This document shows positions 52,518 through 63,092 of a stretch of DNA of 64,000 bases, in pieces. How positions within the stretch are numbered: position 1 is the first letter of the stretch; each line of letters begins with the position of its first letter. The position numbers and the translations under genes were made by a program. The DNA is from Basidiobolus meristosporus CBS 931.73. Its lineage: Eukaryota; Fungi; Basidiobolomycota. The notes beneath the pieces were generated by a model, which made no database searches, was not told where the DNA came from, and worked only from the letters and a program-made list of their open reading frames with translations. The stretch covers positions 41,678 through 105,677 of the forward strand of contig MCFE01000275.1 of the NCBI GenBank assembly GCA_002104905.1, in the 5' to 3' direction.

Positions 52518-53460
52518 TTCTTCGCAGTTAGTAGGATTGGCTATTAAATGCTTGAAATATAATTGCTTAAAGCCATACCCATTATTCATCAATGAAGTGT
52601 TAGACCATTTGGTCCGATTAAAATTTGCCAAAAGTTGCTTCAGTAAAGGCAATATAAGACAAAGTATTTGCAACCATTTTGAAAAAATCAAAATACCAGC
52701 ACAAAGTGCATACCAGAGAGATTTCATAAACTTCATTTAGATTTCATATATCCTTGCTATGAGGTCAAAATAATTTAAATACAATTGGGCTAATCTCTAC
52801 TTGTTGATATTCAAGGTAAAATATTGGATTCTACTAAACTTTTGTTCGCGGTACAGTTTGTAAAGTATGTAAAGCCACAATGCCCATTTCAAGGGGCCAG
52901 AAAGGAAAAAAAGAAATAATTCTGAGGTTAGCCAAGCTATTCACATAAACCTTCAGTAATATCATCCGGTACTCGGTTAGGTCACCAATAAGAATAAGAT
53001 GAATCTGACTGCAGTTACAAGAGAGGAATTTAGCACCGAATTGGCCTACTCTCGCTTTGGCCATCAGCAAGGGCATGGCTAATACATAAGATAACTCGTA
53101 TGGATACCAAACAGTAACCATCTTTGTTATGATTACCATTACAACAACAAGCTTGGAAAGGTGATCTCTTGCCGATATCAACATTAATGCCACTCTAATC
53201 ATTAATCAGTATCCTATACCTAAAGCAGGTTATCCATCAAAAAGATCCTAAATTTCTTGGTTCAAACAACAATTGGCGAAGTTATGTAAGCACCCAGATA
53301 TCCAATATGAGTTATGTACACGTAGCACATCTATTCAGCACACCACAGTTTGAACGAAGTAAAATAACGATTCAAACGCTGTCAGTAAAGCATGTTGTAA
53401 AGGTTGAGTCAAGATTTCTGGTGGTTAGCATGAAATTCAAATTACCTCTGGTCATGCCAT

Positions 53461-53532
53461 GGCTCAATGGTCTAGTAGTATGATTCCTCGTTCGGGTCGA
53501 GGAGGTCCCGGGTTCAATTCCCGGTTGAGCCC
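53461..53532 (+). tRNA. tRNA-Pro(CGG)
   Basis: Acceptor GGCTCAA/TTGAGCC, anticodon stem CCTCG/CGAGG with loop TTCGGGT, T-loop GTTCAATTC, T4 run downstream. Confidence 0.9.
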
Positions 53533-54174
53533 TAATGTTTTGATCGGCTGAATACTATTTTTGAAGCTGTGTGGTGCAATTAGTAACAGAGCTCGACTTG
53601 ATTCGCATACAAGAGGCTATTGAATGTTGGCTCTTGATGGTTTAGAATAGCATATGTTGCTGGTGGTGGGCTGCTTTAGTGACAACCAATTCGTAGCACT
53701 GGCATTAACCGTAATTGGAGATTTCTTTTGCAACACAATTATTGCTACTACCTCACGATTAAGTAAAGTCGAAAAGTTGCCATGTCAGCTCCACAGCTAA
53801 CAAACTGAATCTCTCATGGTATCTCACAACAGGAGCATATAATAAGATTGTACATTTGACGTAATCTAGATCGCCATATCGAGTCGCATTCTTACCAGAT
53901 GAAAGGAGTAATTGCGATTTTAATGAAATGCTATATGAAGCGAAGTTTATTAATATGTCCAGTAATTTGGAAACCGCTTGCAGGCCAAACCGAATAGATG
54001 GTGTATAATGGCCATATGCGACCAGATACACAGTCTTTCAATAAAGAAAACGAAATATTGCCTAATATGTAAAATGGGCCAATTTGTGACACTATCCAAT
54101 GCTTGTTAATCGAAACGTTCATTCAGACGAGAAGCCTAGGTACCCCAATCTTGTTTCATGATCAGTAACACCGT

Positions 54175-55413
54175 TTATAGGTTGCTAGTTGGTTGGAATC
54201 CAGTTCCAAAGTAATTCTTGACGATCTGTTGAATGTCTAGAGCACACCCATAGGAAAGTGTGAAGCCCGATCCTCCATGGCCATAATTGTGGAATAATCT
54301 AGGATTAAACTCATCCTGACCGACACGGGGTGAGTCACGGAATGGGCGAATCCCTGCACGATAATAATAGTCCGTGAATTCAGCCTTTGCTAGATCGGGA
54401 TGAAGATTGACGCATCCGGTTCTCATTTTGTCCAGATATTTGTGCTTTTCCTCGTCCCATTCGAGTGCCTCTTGTCCCATTTGGGCGTACCCACCAAGGA
54501 TCAGGATGTCATCATTTCTAGGTACAATGAATTCGAACCTGCCCTCCTCTGCCTTAAGTTTCTCATCTGCAGTCGCACCAATACCAACCTCATGCTGAGA
54601 AATGGAAATACATCCCTCAATTTTTTCGAATCGCTTCCCGTCATTCTTGGCATGAAGCAGAATCCCACGAAGGGGTTTCATTCTGTTGTCGCCACAGAGT
54701 TCCCTTGATGCCATACCTGTACAGTTGATAACAATATCGGCTTTGAATCGCTTCAGCAGATATGGCATCTCTTCATGGAGTGTGTCTTCCACCACCCCGT
54801 ACGAAAGCACCACTCCCATATCTTCAACCTGCCTCCTCAGCCAGGGTAGGTAGCTTCCGGGATCAACTACATACGATAGGTGCTCATACCCATCTACAAT
54901 GTTGTAGCCGTTCTTCTCCAAGTCTGTGTTGATTTTGTACTTTTGAATAAGATGTGGAAGATCATCATTGAACTCCTCGCACACGCTTTCGATTTCATGC
55001 TTCTTCTGGAGTCCATCTGGCCCAAGCTCAAGATCAAATAAGAAACACGACATGCGCTGGCGGATACCAGTCTCATTGGCCCCATACTTATTAGCAATAT
55101 CCTTGAATTGGATATATGATGCTTGGCACCACTTCTTCAGGGCTTCAAGTTGCTCCTCAGTATCTTTCCCATGGGAACCGCAGACAGCCGGAGGCCATTC
55201 CCACAGGGCGCCGGCAATCTCGGATACAATCTCCTTACCATGGGCTCCAGGCTGGGCGTATTGTTTTGCTAGAACAGTTACTTTACACCCGGTTCTTCTT
55301 AATGTCCAAGCAGTAGTAAGGCCAGAGACACCGCCTCCGATGATAAGGACATGTGGCGTGGTACCATCAGCGCGGCTAATATGGATCTTCTTGTAGAGGC
55401 TTCCGGGGTTCAT
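54175..55413 (-). CDS. FAD-dependent oxidoreductase, D-amino-acid-oxidase family
   Basis: IIGGGVSGLTTA, IAGALWE, INCTG, RGIL, GIRPFR, HNYGHGGSGFTLSYGCA; intronless; C-terminus -SNL. Start at MNPG (55413). Confidence 0.93.
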   Translation of the reverse strand: MNPGSLYKKIHISRADGTTPHVLIIGGGVSGLTTAWTLRRTGCKVTVLAKQYAQPGAHGKEIVSEIAGALWEWPPAVCGSHGKDTEEQLEALKKWCQASYIQFKDIANKYGANETGIRQRMSCFLFDLELGPDGLQKKHEIESVCEEFNDDLPHLIQKYKINTDLEKNGYNIVDGYEHLSYVVDPGSYLPWLRRQVEDMGVVLSYGVVEDTLHEEMPYLLKRFKADIVINCTGMASRELCGDNRMKPLRGILLHAKNDGKRFEKIEGCISISQHEVGIGATADEKLKAEEGRFEFIVPRNDDILILGGYAQMGQEALEWDEEKHKYLDKMRTGCVNLHPDLAKAEFTDYYYRAGIRPFRDSPRVGQDEFNPRLFHNYGHGGSGFTLSYGCALDIQQIVKNYFGTGFQPTSNL

Positions 55414-57094
55414 TTTTTGCGAATTGTGGAGACGATTCTGTGTTGAAAGTGTTGTTCGTGCCTTGAGATACACAATTATTGTTCAGAGCAAGATGCAATG
55501 CTCTATGCCGTCGAGTAAATGTCTTATTTATACTCTCACCTGTAGACTACAGTGTAACGGAGGCAGGTTCTATACCTGGGGCTTGAATAGGGCGCCTTCC
55601 AATATCTCTCCCAATGATCCTGCCTTTTGAACCTGTTAGAAAGCAATAACTCAAAAACCACTTTAAAATTCCTAGTCAGAAGGAACATTGGTTTCTCTTC
55701 ATTGTAGCTTGAGAAAGTGCTGGCAACTTTTCGAATTTGGCATAAAGCGTGTCATGTCATCTGGAGTGCAACTGATATCCACGGCGTGTAACCCGAGCTG
55801 TGCGTGACATTCAGTCCAAAATTATACATGTGGAGGCAATTCTAGATGTGGACTAATATGGGGAGAATATACGTGAACATTACAAATTTACAACGAAATC
55901 AAAACCAAGTGTAATATAAAGGTTGGAGAACTTGCTGCTTAGCCGTGGCTAAGCTGGATAGACACTAATCAACATTAGGTAAAATTTGGATTTCTGTAAA
56001 TGGGAATAATCGGCGTTTGCGATATGTATTCCGGTATTGTGCTATGGTAACGATATGAAGTTTTCTCATTCTTTGTGTGTGTGCAATTTTCCCATTCTAG
56101 CTAAGCACAGCCCGTTGGAATAGTCTAGGCACCATCTGTTTCATTAAGTACTTACTTGAATTGAATCCAGTCTTTATCTGATATGTATAATCCCGAGGAT
56201 ACTAGTTGCATCCCGAAATACATGAGCTATATTTATGGCGCGGATGCAATCATCATTCAAAATAGAGCTAATAACAAACTAAATAATGTTAGAGATAGGA
56301 AAGTAGTGGCAAATATTTACTTTGGATCAGTGCAAGGCTAGCCACAATGCAATGAAGAAGGCTGAGAGCTTATACTAAATAGTACAGATAATGAATCTAA
56401 GTTAAAAACCCAACATATAGTAGTCTACTAGCAAATATAACTATGCATAGTACCACTTTATATGTTAGTAAAGCAATGAGTTTTCCGCATTAGCATGCAT
56501 GAAATGTCATAAATTTTGGATAAGCTAAGCCAAAGTAAAATGGATTTGGTGAAATCAATACTGAAAGGGCCTCACATGTTAAGCTGAGCATCAAGTCCTC
56601 TATAAATTATGGATTATTTGTTGTAAATCAGAGTATAGGAGCATAGATTTAACTCTTGTGGGTATTTAGTAGATGTTGGATGTGCTTGGGGAACAGGTAC
56701 ACAATGCGGTTCTTACCATTTACCTTGTTGATTATAAAAGCGGTTTTATACATTTACAGAGTCTTGTATAAGGAGAGCCCATAAAGTTATTTGACAAGTG
56801 ACTATAAATGGGTATGTACAAGAGCATATACCAAATGGACTGTATTAATTTCCTTTGTTGCTATATTTGTATGCTTAATAAGTGTAACTTGTCACATTAC
56901 ACATACACAATTGCTCCCAGGCTTGGCATATAGCTTTCTGGATCCTTCTTGCTCTGCATTAGCATTTGAACATCAGCATTTTGAGAACTGGGTGACTTGA
57001 TTGTCATATTCACTTTTCCAAACCAGTTGGCACTACAATGCTTTGGTTACAAGGAACATTTGCTTGTTCAATAACTAACTATGTAGTGACACCT

Positions 57095-58589
57095 TTAGGG
57101 TTAGGGGGGAGACAGTCACCAACAGGTGAAATCTTTATTTCAGTTGAAACAAAGAAGCCAGCGCTACTGTTGTAGCTTTGATACAAGAGTGTGTAGCTGA
57201 GGGGAACTTGTAGGTAAGTTAATAAGAAGTGATGATAGTTCTTCAGTGCTCAAGACACTGTTCAGTGGGAAGGGGGGTAGCAAGAGAGGTAAGAATGACT
57301 TGTGAACAACATTAATGAGGGGAATGTGATAAGGATTGATATTCATCATAAAGGGAGTGTGCTGCTGCTGATATTGCTGCCAAAGGTCTGTCAAGTACTT
57401 CAGGTAGGCCAGCTTGGGTTTTTCTGACTGCAGAATATAGTGAGCAAACTTCTTGACCTCAGGATCTCCAAGTATAGTTCTCCAGCAGGAGCCAGGTGTT
57501 GTGTGGTGTGTTCTCTTCCAGGCCTTAATCAGTGGGTTGTTGCAGTTGTGAAGTCTGAGGTATAATCTGGTTCTAAGGTAGAGAAGTCTGATCTTATAGG
57601 GCATAAACCCAAAAGCACCAAGAATAGCATGTCTGTAGGGGCATTCAGGCAAATGAGGCACCAAGGAGGTAATGCTCCATGCTGCAAACTTGTCAAGCTT
57701 AGTGCAGTCTCTAGAAGTAAGAGAGAGAAGTGGTAAGCCAAATTCCAGGACAGGGAAGACAAACTGCTTGAGTAGAAGGAGGCAGCTGGGAGCTGAAGTT
57801 GTAGGAGGAGTAACAGCCAGTAGCTTGTGGAGTGCCTGTCTTGCCAGGATAATTCTCTTCTTCAGGTGTGCTCCAGAGTCTAGTCCAGTAGGAAGGAAAG
57901 GAAAGCCAAGCTATGTAGCAGAAGCCTGAGCAGGTAAAGTGGAGTTCTCCAAGTTGATGGGAGAGCCCAAAGGTACTGTCTTTGCAATGGAAAGCTGGAG
58001 ATTATTCTTCTGCAGATACTGGTGGATGGTCTGGGAGTCTTGTTGCACATTGGAGGAGGATATTCTGATGTCATCAGCAAAGAGAGTAACCAGGCAGTCA
58101 GCTGAAAGTCTTGGGAAATCATTCAGGAAGATGGCAAACAGTATAGGACCAAGCACAGAGCCTTGAACCACTCCATTAGGAGCTGAGAATGCAGCTGATT
58201 GCTCACTTGGGTGGAGAATTCTTGCTTGTGGATCCAGAAACAGAGACCTGACAAGGAGGGTGAGAGAGGTACTGGAGAAGTATTGCAACTTGGACCAAAG
58301 CAGATTTCTGTCAACTGAATCAAAGGCCTTAGTAATATCAAACAGAATAGAGGGATACTTGCACTGGAGAGAGTGATCTTGGCTAAGTATGACTGCATAT
58401 TCCAAGGAGAGGCCAGGAACAAAGCCAAACTGTACAGGATGAAACTTGAGGGAGTCAGAGTAGAGCTCCTGAGCAAGCAGAAGCTCAAACACCGTTCTGC
58501 AGGTGGGCAGCAGAGATATTGGCCTGTAGGAGCTAGGATCCAGGTGCTTTCCTTTACCCTTGTACAGTGGCAGAACATTTGCAAAGGAC
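57095..58589 (-). mobile_element. Interrupted 3' part of the APE-RT LINE (second copy at 60249-64000)
   Basis: Near-identical to about 60260-61749, with nonsense TAT>TAG at about 57911. Ends in AATAAA, a hairpin and (CCCTAA)2; cut at 58589 by an LTR. Confidence 0.93.
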
Positions 58590-59286
58590 TGTTGTATCCA
58601 AGAGAAAGGGTAATAAAACTCTTGAACGGTTTAACTGAACCAAAGGGACAATTAAGTGCAGAATCTTAGAATTGTCAGAGAGTGGCGGAAATATTAGCAG
58701 AAAGATTCTGATCTAATATTGGTCTTGGATATAGCTGGGTTGGCTATGAAGACAATGATATTTGTTTGCTAGGCAGGCTAGGCTTGGTGTTCTTTGGAGT
58801 GCTAGATATACTAGGCTTGGATAGAAACTAGAACGGAATTGTTGGATTCTTATTTTTGCTGAGACAGAATCTTAATTTTGTTGAGACACACACTAAACCA
58901 AAAGGTTCAGTAAACTTTATTTATACTTTTCTGATCAAGTTGACTTAGTAAGCGCCAAGGGACTGGATTGATTGAAATCAATTTGGGTGTTCATAGGTGC
59001 ATAAGATAAATGAAAATTACATCATCAATCAACTGATGTCTTGGCAACTGCACCGTGGTTGGATAGATCTCAGATGACTAATCACGTGGGAAGGCTTGGC
59101 AGATAGGTTGATAACGTAATGACCATTTGAAAATAGATCAGGTGTGATAGCTAAAAATAGATTCTGAGGTGGGATAAAATAAACTGTAACTGGGATTTGT
59201 TATGTTTGGGTTAGGGAAAATCAGTTAGGGTACTAGATTTTCAAACGGAGTAAAATTGGCTAAGTTTTAAATGTTGATGCACAACA
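58590..59286 (-). repeat. 3' LTR (about 697 bp) of a chromovirus
   Basis: Starts TGTTGT directly after the integrase-chromodomain stop and ends ACAACA (6-bp inverted termini), abutting the LINE copy. Confidence 0.75.
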
Positions 59287-60111
59287 TCACTTCTTTCTGG
59301 AAGAGGAGTTTTTTGATACCTTCTGGGTTCCTCTGCGGCTCCAATACTGATCAATAATGGCAACATCATCAAAGTTGGTGTAAGGTTCCCAGGTGTTGTG
59401 TTTGGCATCATAGCCTTTCCACTTGACTAAATAAAGGCAATTTGGTTCTTCTCCATCATGGTCCACAATAGCTTCAACTTCATAGGATTCCGAAGTTACT
59501 GGGTCTTGAGAAATAAGTTTGAGTGAAGAAGGTGGAAAGTTTTTGGGTAGCAGTGCTCCAGTGTTATCCTGAAGTACATAGGATCCTCCAGTAGTGCGTC
59601 TGACAACCTTGAATGGTCCTTCATACTTGGGGTCAAGCTTAGACTGCCGGATTGGATCTAGTGTCATGACATATGACCCATCTGGGAAGCTGCTGTTCCT
59701 GTGTCTTGAGGCGTACGTTGAAGTCATCTTTTGCTGAGAGGCCTTACTTCTGGCACTGATAGCACGGTAGACAATGTTGGTAAGGTACTCAAGCCGGTTC
59801 TTTAGCTTATCTGTATTCAAACTTGCTAACTCTGTATTCTGGTAGTCTCCAAAGTGGTTGTATCTTCTTCCAAACATCATGGAAAATGGTGTTGATCCAT
59901 GTAGAGTGGCAATTTTGGTGTTGATAGCATATTGTACAGTCAGAATGTACTTGTCCCAATTCTTCTTGATACCTTTGATAGATTTCCTGATGATGTTCAC
60001 TGAGGTCTGAACATGTCTTTCAGCCAGTCCATTAGCTTTGGGATGATATGGAGTGATCAGACGGTGATCAATGGCACTATTCTGGCAAAGGGCTTTGATC
60101 ACGTGATTCAC
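59287..60111 (-). mobile_element. Chromoviral Gypsy integrase C-half plus chromodomain, truncated by LINE sequence
   Basis: PYHPKANGLAER, GSTPFSMMFGR, YEGPFKV, YEVEAIVDH..YLVKWKGYDAKHNTWEP. Confidence 0.92.
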
Positions 60112-60113
60112 AC

Positions 60114-60250
60114 TTAGGGTTAGGGGAGGAAAGTCACCAAGTGGTGAAATCTTTATTTACTTATGACAAGTATCTAAAGAAGCCAAGTTAATCTGAAGTA
60201 ATTCCTAGAAAGCTAGGTCTGAGAGATATCTTCCTGGTAAGCCAGGTCTG
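60114..60250 (-). mobile_element. Very short 3' fragment of a related LINE subfamily
   Basis: TTAGGGTTAGGG, then tcacc-aagt-ggtga and aatctttattt, the same terminal architecture as the main LINE but a different internal sequence. Confidence 0.7.
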
Positions 60251-60323
60251 AGGGTTGGGTTAGGGGGGGAGACAGTCACCAACAGGTGAAATCTTTATTT
60301 CAGTTGAAACAAAGAAGCCAGCG

Positions 60324-63092
60324 CTACTGTTGTAGCTTTGATACAAGAGTGTGTAGCTGAGGGGAATTTGTAGGTAAGTTAATAAGAAGTGATGATAGTT
60401 CTTCAGTGCTCAAGACACTGTTCAGTGGGAAGGGGGGTAGCAAGAGAGGTAAGAATGACCTGTGAACAACATTAATGAGGGGAATGTGATAAGGATTGAT
60501 ATTCATCATAAAGGGAGTGTGCTGCTGCAGATATTGCTGCCAAAGGTCTGTCAAGTACTTCAGGTAGGCCAGCTTGGGTTTTTCTGACTGCAGAATATAG
60601 TGAGCAAGCTTCTTGACTTCAGGATCTCCAAGTATAGTTCTCCAGCAGGAGTCAGGTGTTGTGTGGTGTGTTCTCTTCCAGGCCTTAATCAGTGGGTTGT
60701 TGCAGTTGTGAAGTCTGAGGTATAATCTGGTTCTAAGGTAGAGAAGTCTGATCTTATAGGGCATAAACCCAAAAGCACCAAGAATAGCATGTCTGTAGGG
60801 GCATTCAGGCAAATGAGGCACCAAGGAGGTAATGCACCATACTGCAAACTTGTCAAGCTTAGTGCAGTCTCTAGAAGTAAGAGAGAGAAGTGGTAAGCCA
60901 AATTCCAGGACAGGGAAGACAAACTGCTTGAGTAGAAGGAGGCAGCTGGGAGCTGAAGTTGTAGGAGGAGTAACAGCCAGTAGCTTGTGGAGTGCCTGTC
61001 TTGCCAGGATAATTCTCTTCTTCAGGTGTGCTCCAGAGTCTAGTCCAGTTGGAAGGAAAGGAAAGCCAAGATATGTAGCAGAAACCTGAGCAGGTAGAGT
61101 GGAGTTCTCCAAGTCAATGGGAGAGCCCAAAGGTACTGTCTTTGCAATGGAAAGCTGGAGATTATTCTTCTGCAGATACTGGTGGATGGTCTGGGAGTCT
61201 TGTTGCAGATTGGAGGAGGATATTCTGATGTCATCAGCAAAGAGAGTAACCAGGCAGTCAGCTGAGAGTCTTGGGAAATCATTCAGGAAGATGGCAAACA
61301 GTATAGGACCAAGCACAGAGCCTTGAACCACTCCATTAGGAACTGAGAAAACAGCTGATTGCTCACTTGGGTGCAGAATTCTTGCTTGTGGATCCAGAAA
61401 CAGAGACCTGACAAGGAGGGTGAGAGAGGTACTGGAGAAGCATTGCAACTTGGACCAAAGCAGATTTCTGTCAACTGAATCAAAGGCCTTAGTAATATCA
61501 AACAGAACAGAGGGATACTTGCACTGGAGAGAGTGATCTTGGCTAAGTATGACTGCATATTCCAAGGAGAGGCCAGGAACAAAGCCAAACTGTGCAGGAT
61601 GAAACTTGAGGGAGTCAGAGTAGAGCTCCTGAGCAAGCAGAAGCTCAAACACCTTTCTGCAGGTGGGCAGCAGAGATATTGGCCTGTAGGAGCTAGGATC
61701 CAGGTGCTTTCCTTTACCCTTGTACAGTGGCAGAACATTTGCAAAGGACCATTCCTCAGGAGTAGAAAGCTGGGCTGAGCATTGCTGAAACAGTGGAAGC
61801 AGAAGTGCAGACATGGCCTTGGTACTAGTCTTCAGAAGCTCATAGGAGATTGTGTCCACACCTGGAGCAGTAGAGTTGGGAAGCCTCTTGAGCACATTAT
61901 GGATTCTCCTTTGATCAAGTGCAAGTGGGATAGGCAGAGTCTTGAAGTCAGGATGAAAGCCAGGAGTTGAGTACTGCTTTGTAGAGAAGAAGATGTTAGC
62001 CAGCTGTTCTGTTGAAGGTAACTTCCTGGAAGAGGGCCTCATTGCCCTGTAGAGCCTTGATACTGTTCTTGTTATAGAGTTGGAAGATTGCAGAGGCAAG
62101 GAACTCATAATATGATCCCAGAGCTGAGTATGCAGAGTGTGGTGAATTGCCTTGGAGTGGTGTATTGCTGTCAGGAGGAGTTTCTCTGTTTTTGGGTTAG
62201 GGAAGCTCAGGTAGCTTTGTTGCAGGGCTGAAACAATGGATTCCCATTTTCTTGAGGTAACAGCAGTAGTCTTGCATGGCAGTGAGAGGGAGGCAGACAC
62301 CAGAATAAGATGCTTCACAAAGAGCCAGGCAAAGTTGAGATCATCTGGCAGAGAAAGTAGCAAACTGGCAAGCTTCAAGTAGTTCCCAAAGTCTTTCTTC
62401 TGATTCTTGGTAGCTTTGTGGGTGAGCACAGTAAGTTTTGGCAGCTTCTTCTTCACAACTGGTTGCATAGAAAGGGACCAGGCTGGGTGGTCAGAGGCTC
62501 TCAAGGATCCTAGCTCAGCTCCAGAGAATTGCTTAACTTCATTCACAAAGTAGAGGGCAGCAGCAGAAGGGCAGATCCAGTCAACACATCTTTTCTCAGA
62601 TTGAGCACCTAGTGCTAGCAGGTGGCTTTCTCTCAGGAAGTTCAGTAGGAATGTAGACCTTGGCTTCATTCTTGCAGTCAGAGTAGTCTTGTTCTCAGGA
62701 TGGGGAATGTTGAGATCTCCAAGCAAGATAACAGGTGTTGATATAGACTGTTGGTATTGCTGAACCTTCTGGCATATAACTTGCACTTCCTGAAGGGCTA
62801 GACTTGGAGGCAGATAGCAGAGCACCAGACTGATAGTTGGCAACTGGAGAGCAGCACAGTAAGGGGAGTAAAGAGGAACACAGAGCTGAGGAGTATTGAT
62901 GGTAGAAGAGATGAAGCAGATAGAGGAGGTATTCTTTGTTCTAGGAGTAGAGAAGCAATATAGATTAGTCAAAAGTATAGAGGGTAGCTGGACATCAATC
63001 AAACACAGGAGGGAAAATCTTGAAAGAAGTCTCTCTAGAGTTGGTCTTGATGGCTGTATGCTGTTGCAGTTAAGCAACAGAACTTCAGGTAG
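60324..63092 (-). CDS. LINE ORF2: AP endonuclease plus reverse transcriptase
   Basis: NCNS, CYLPP, GDLN, VDWI, SDH (APE); APGVD, YRPISLL, QFGF, DITKAFDSV, GVVQGSVLGP, FADD, YLG (RT). Open for 923 codons after the ORF1 stop. Confidence 0.93.
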   Translation of the reverse strand, partial: LPEVLLLNCNSIQPSRPTLERLLSRFSLLCLIDVQLPSILLTNLYCFSTPRTKNTSSICFISSTINTPQLCVPLYSPYCAALQLPTISLVLCYLPPSLALQEVQVICQKVQQYQQSISTPVILLGDLNIPHPENKTTLTARMKPRSTFLLNFLRESHLLALGAQSEKRCVDWICPSAAALYFVNEVKQFSGAELGSLRASDHPAWSLSMQPVVKKKLPKLTVLTHKATKNQKKDFGNYLKLASLLLSLPDDLNFAWLFVKHLILVSASLSLPCKTTAVTSRKWESIVSALQQSYLSFPNPKTEKLLLTAIHHSKAIHHTLHTQLWDHIMSSLPLQSSNSITRTVSRLYRAMRPSSRKLPSTEQLANIFFSTKQYSTPGFHPDFKTLPIPLALDQRRIHNVLKRLPNSTAPGVDTISYELLKTSTKAMSALLLPLFQQCSAQLSTPEEWSFANVLPLYKGKGKHLDPSSYRPISLLPTCRKVFELLLAQELYSDSLKFHPAQFGFVPGLSLEYAVILSQDHSLQCKYPSVLFDITKAFDSVDRNLLWSKLQCFSSTSLTLLVRSLFLDPQARILHPSEQSAVFSVPNGVVQGSVLGPILFAIFLNDFPRLSADCLVTLFADDIRISSSNLQQDSQTIHQYLQKNNLQLSIAKTVPLGSPIDLENSTLPAQVSATYLGFPFLPTGLDSGAHLKKRIILARQALHKLLAVTPPTTSAPSCLLLLKQFVFPVLEFGLPLLSLTSRDCTKLDKFAVWCITSLVPHLPECPYRHAILGAFGFMPYKIRLLYLRTRLYLRLHNCNNPLIKAWKRTHHTTPDSCWRTILGDPEVKKLAHYILQSEKPKLAYLKYLTDLWQQYLQQHTPFMMNINPYHIPLINVVHRSFLPLLLPPFPLNSVLSTEELSSLLINLPTNSPQLHTLVSKLQQ

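Noticed and set aside
52900-53200. Minus-strand HALADGQSE resembling integrase HPQTDGQSE
   Set aside because: Too short and degenerate to call without an HMM search.
59205-59230. TTAGGG hexamers inside the chromovirus LTR (and one at about 62195 in LINE ORF2)
   Set aside because: Not followed by the AATAAA/hairpin LINE end; the ORF2 one is coding sequence. Treated as chance.
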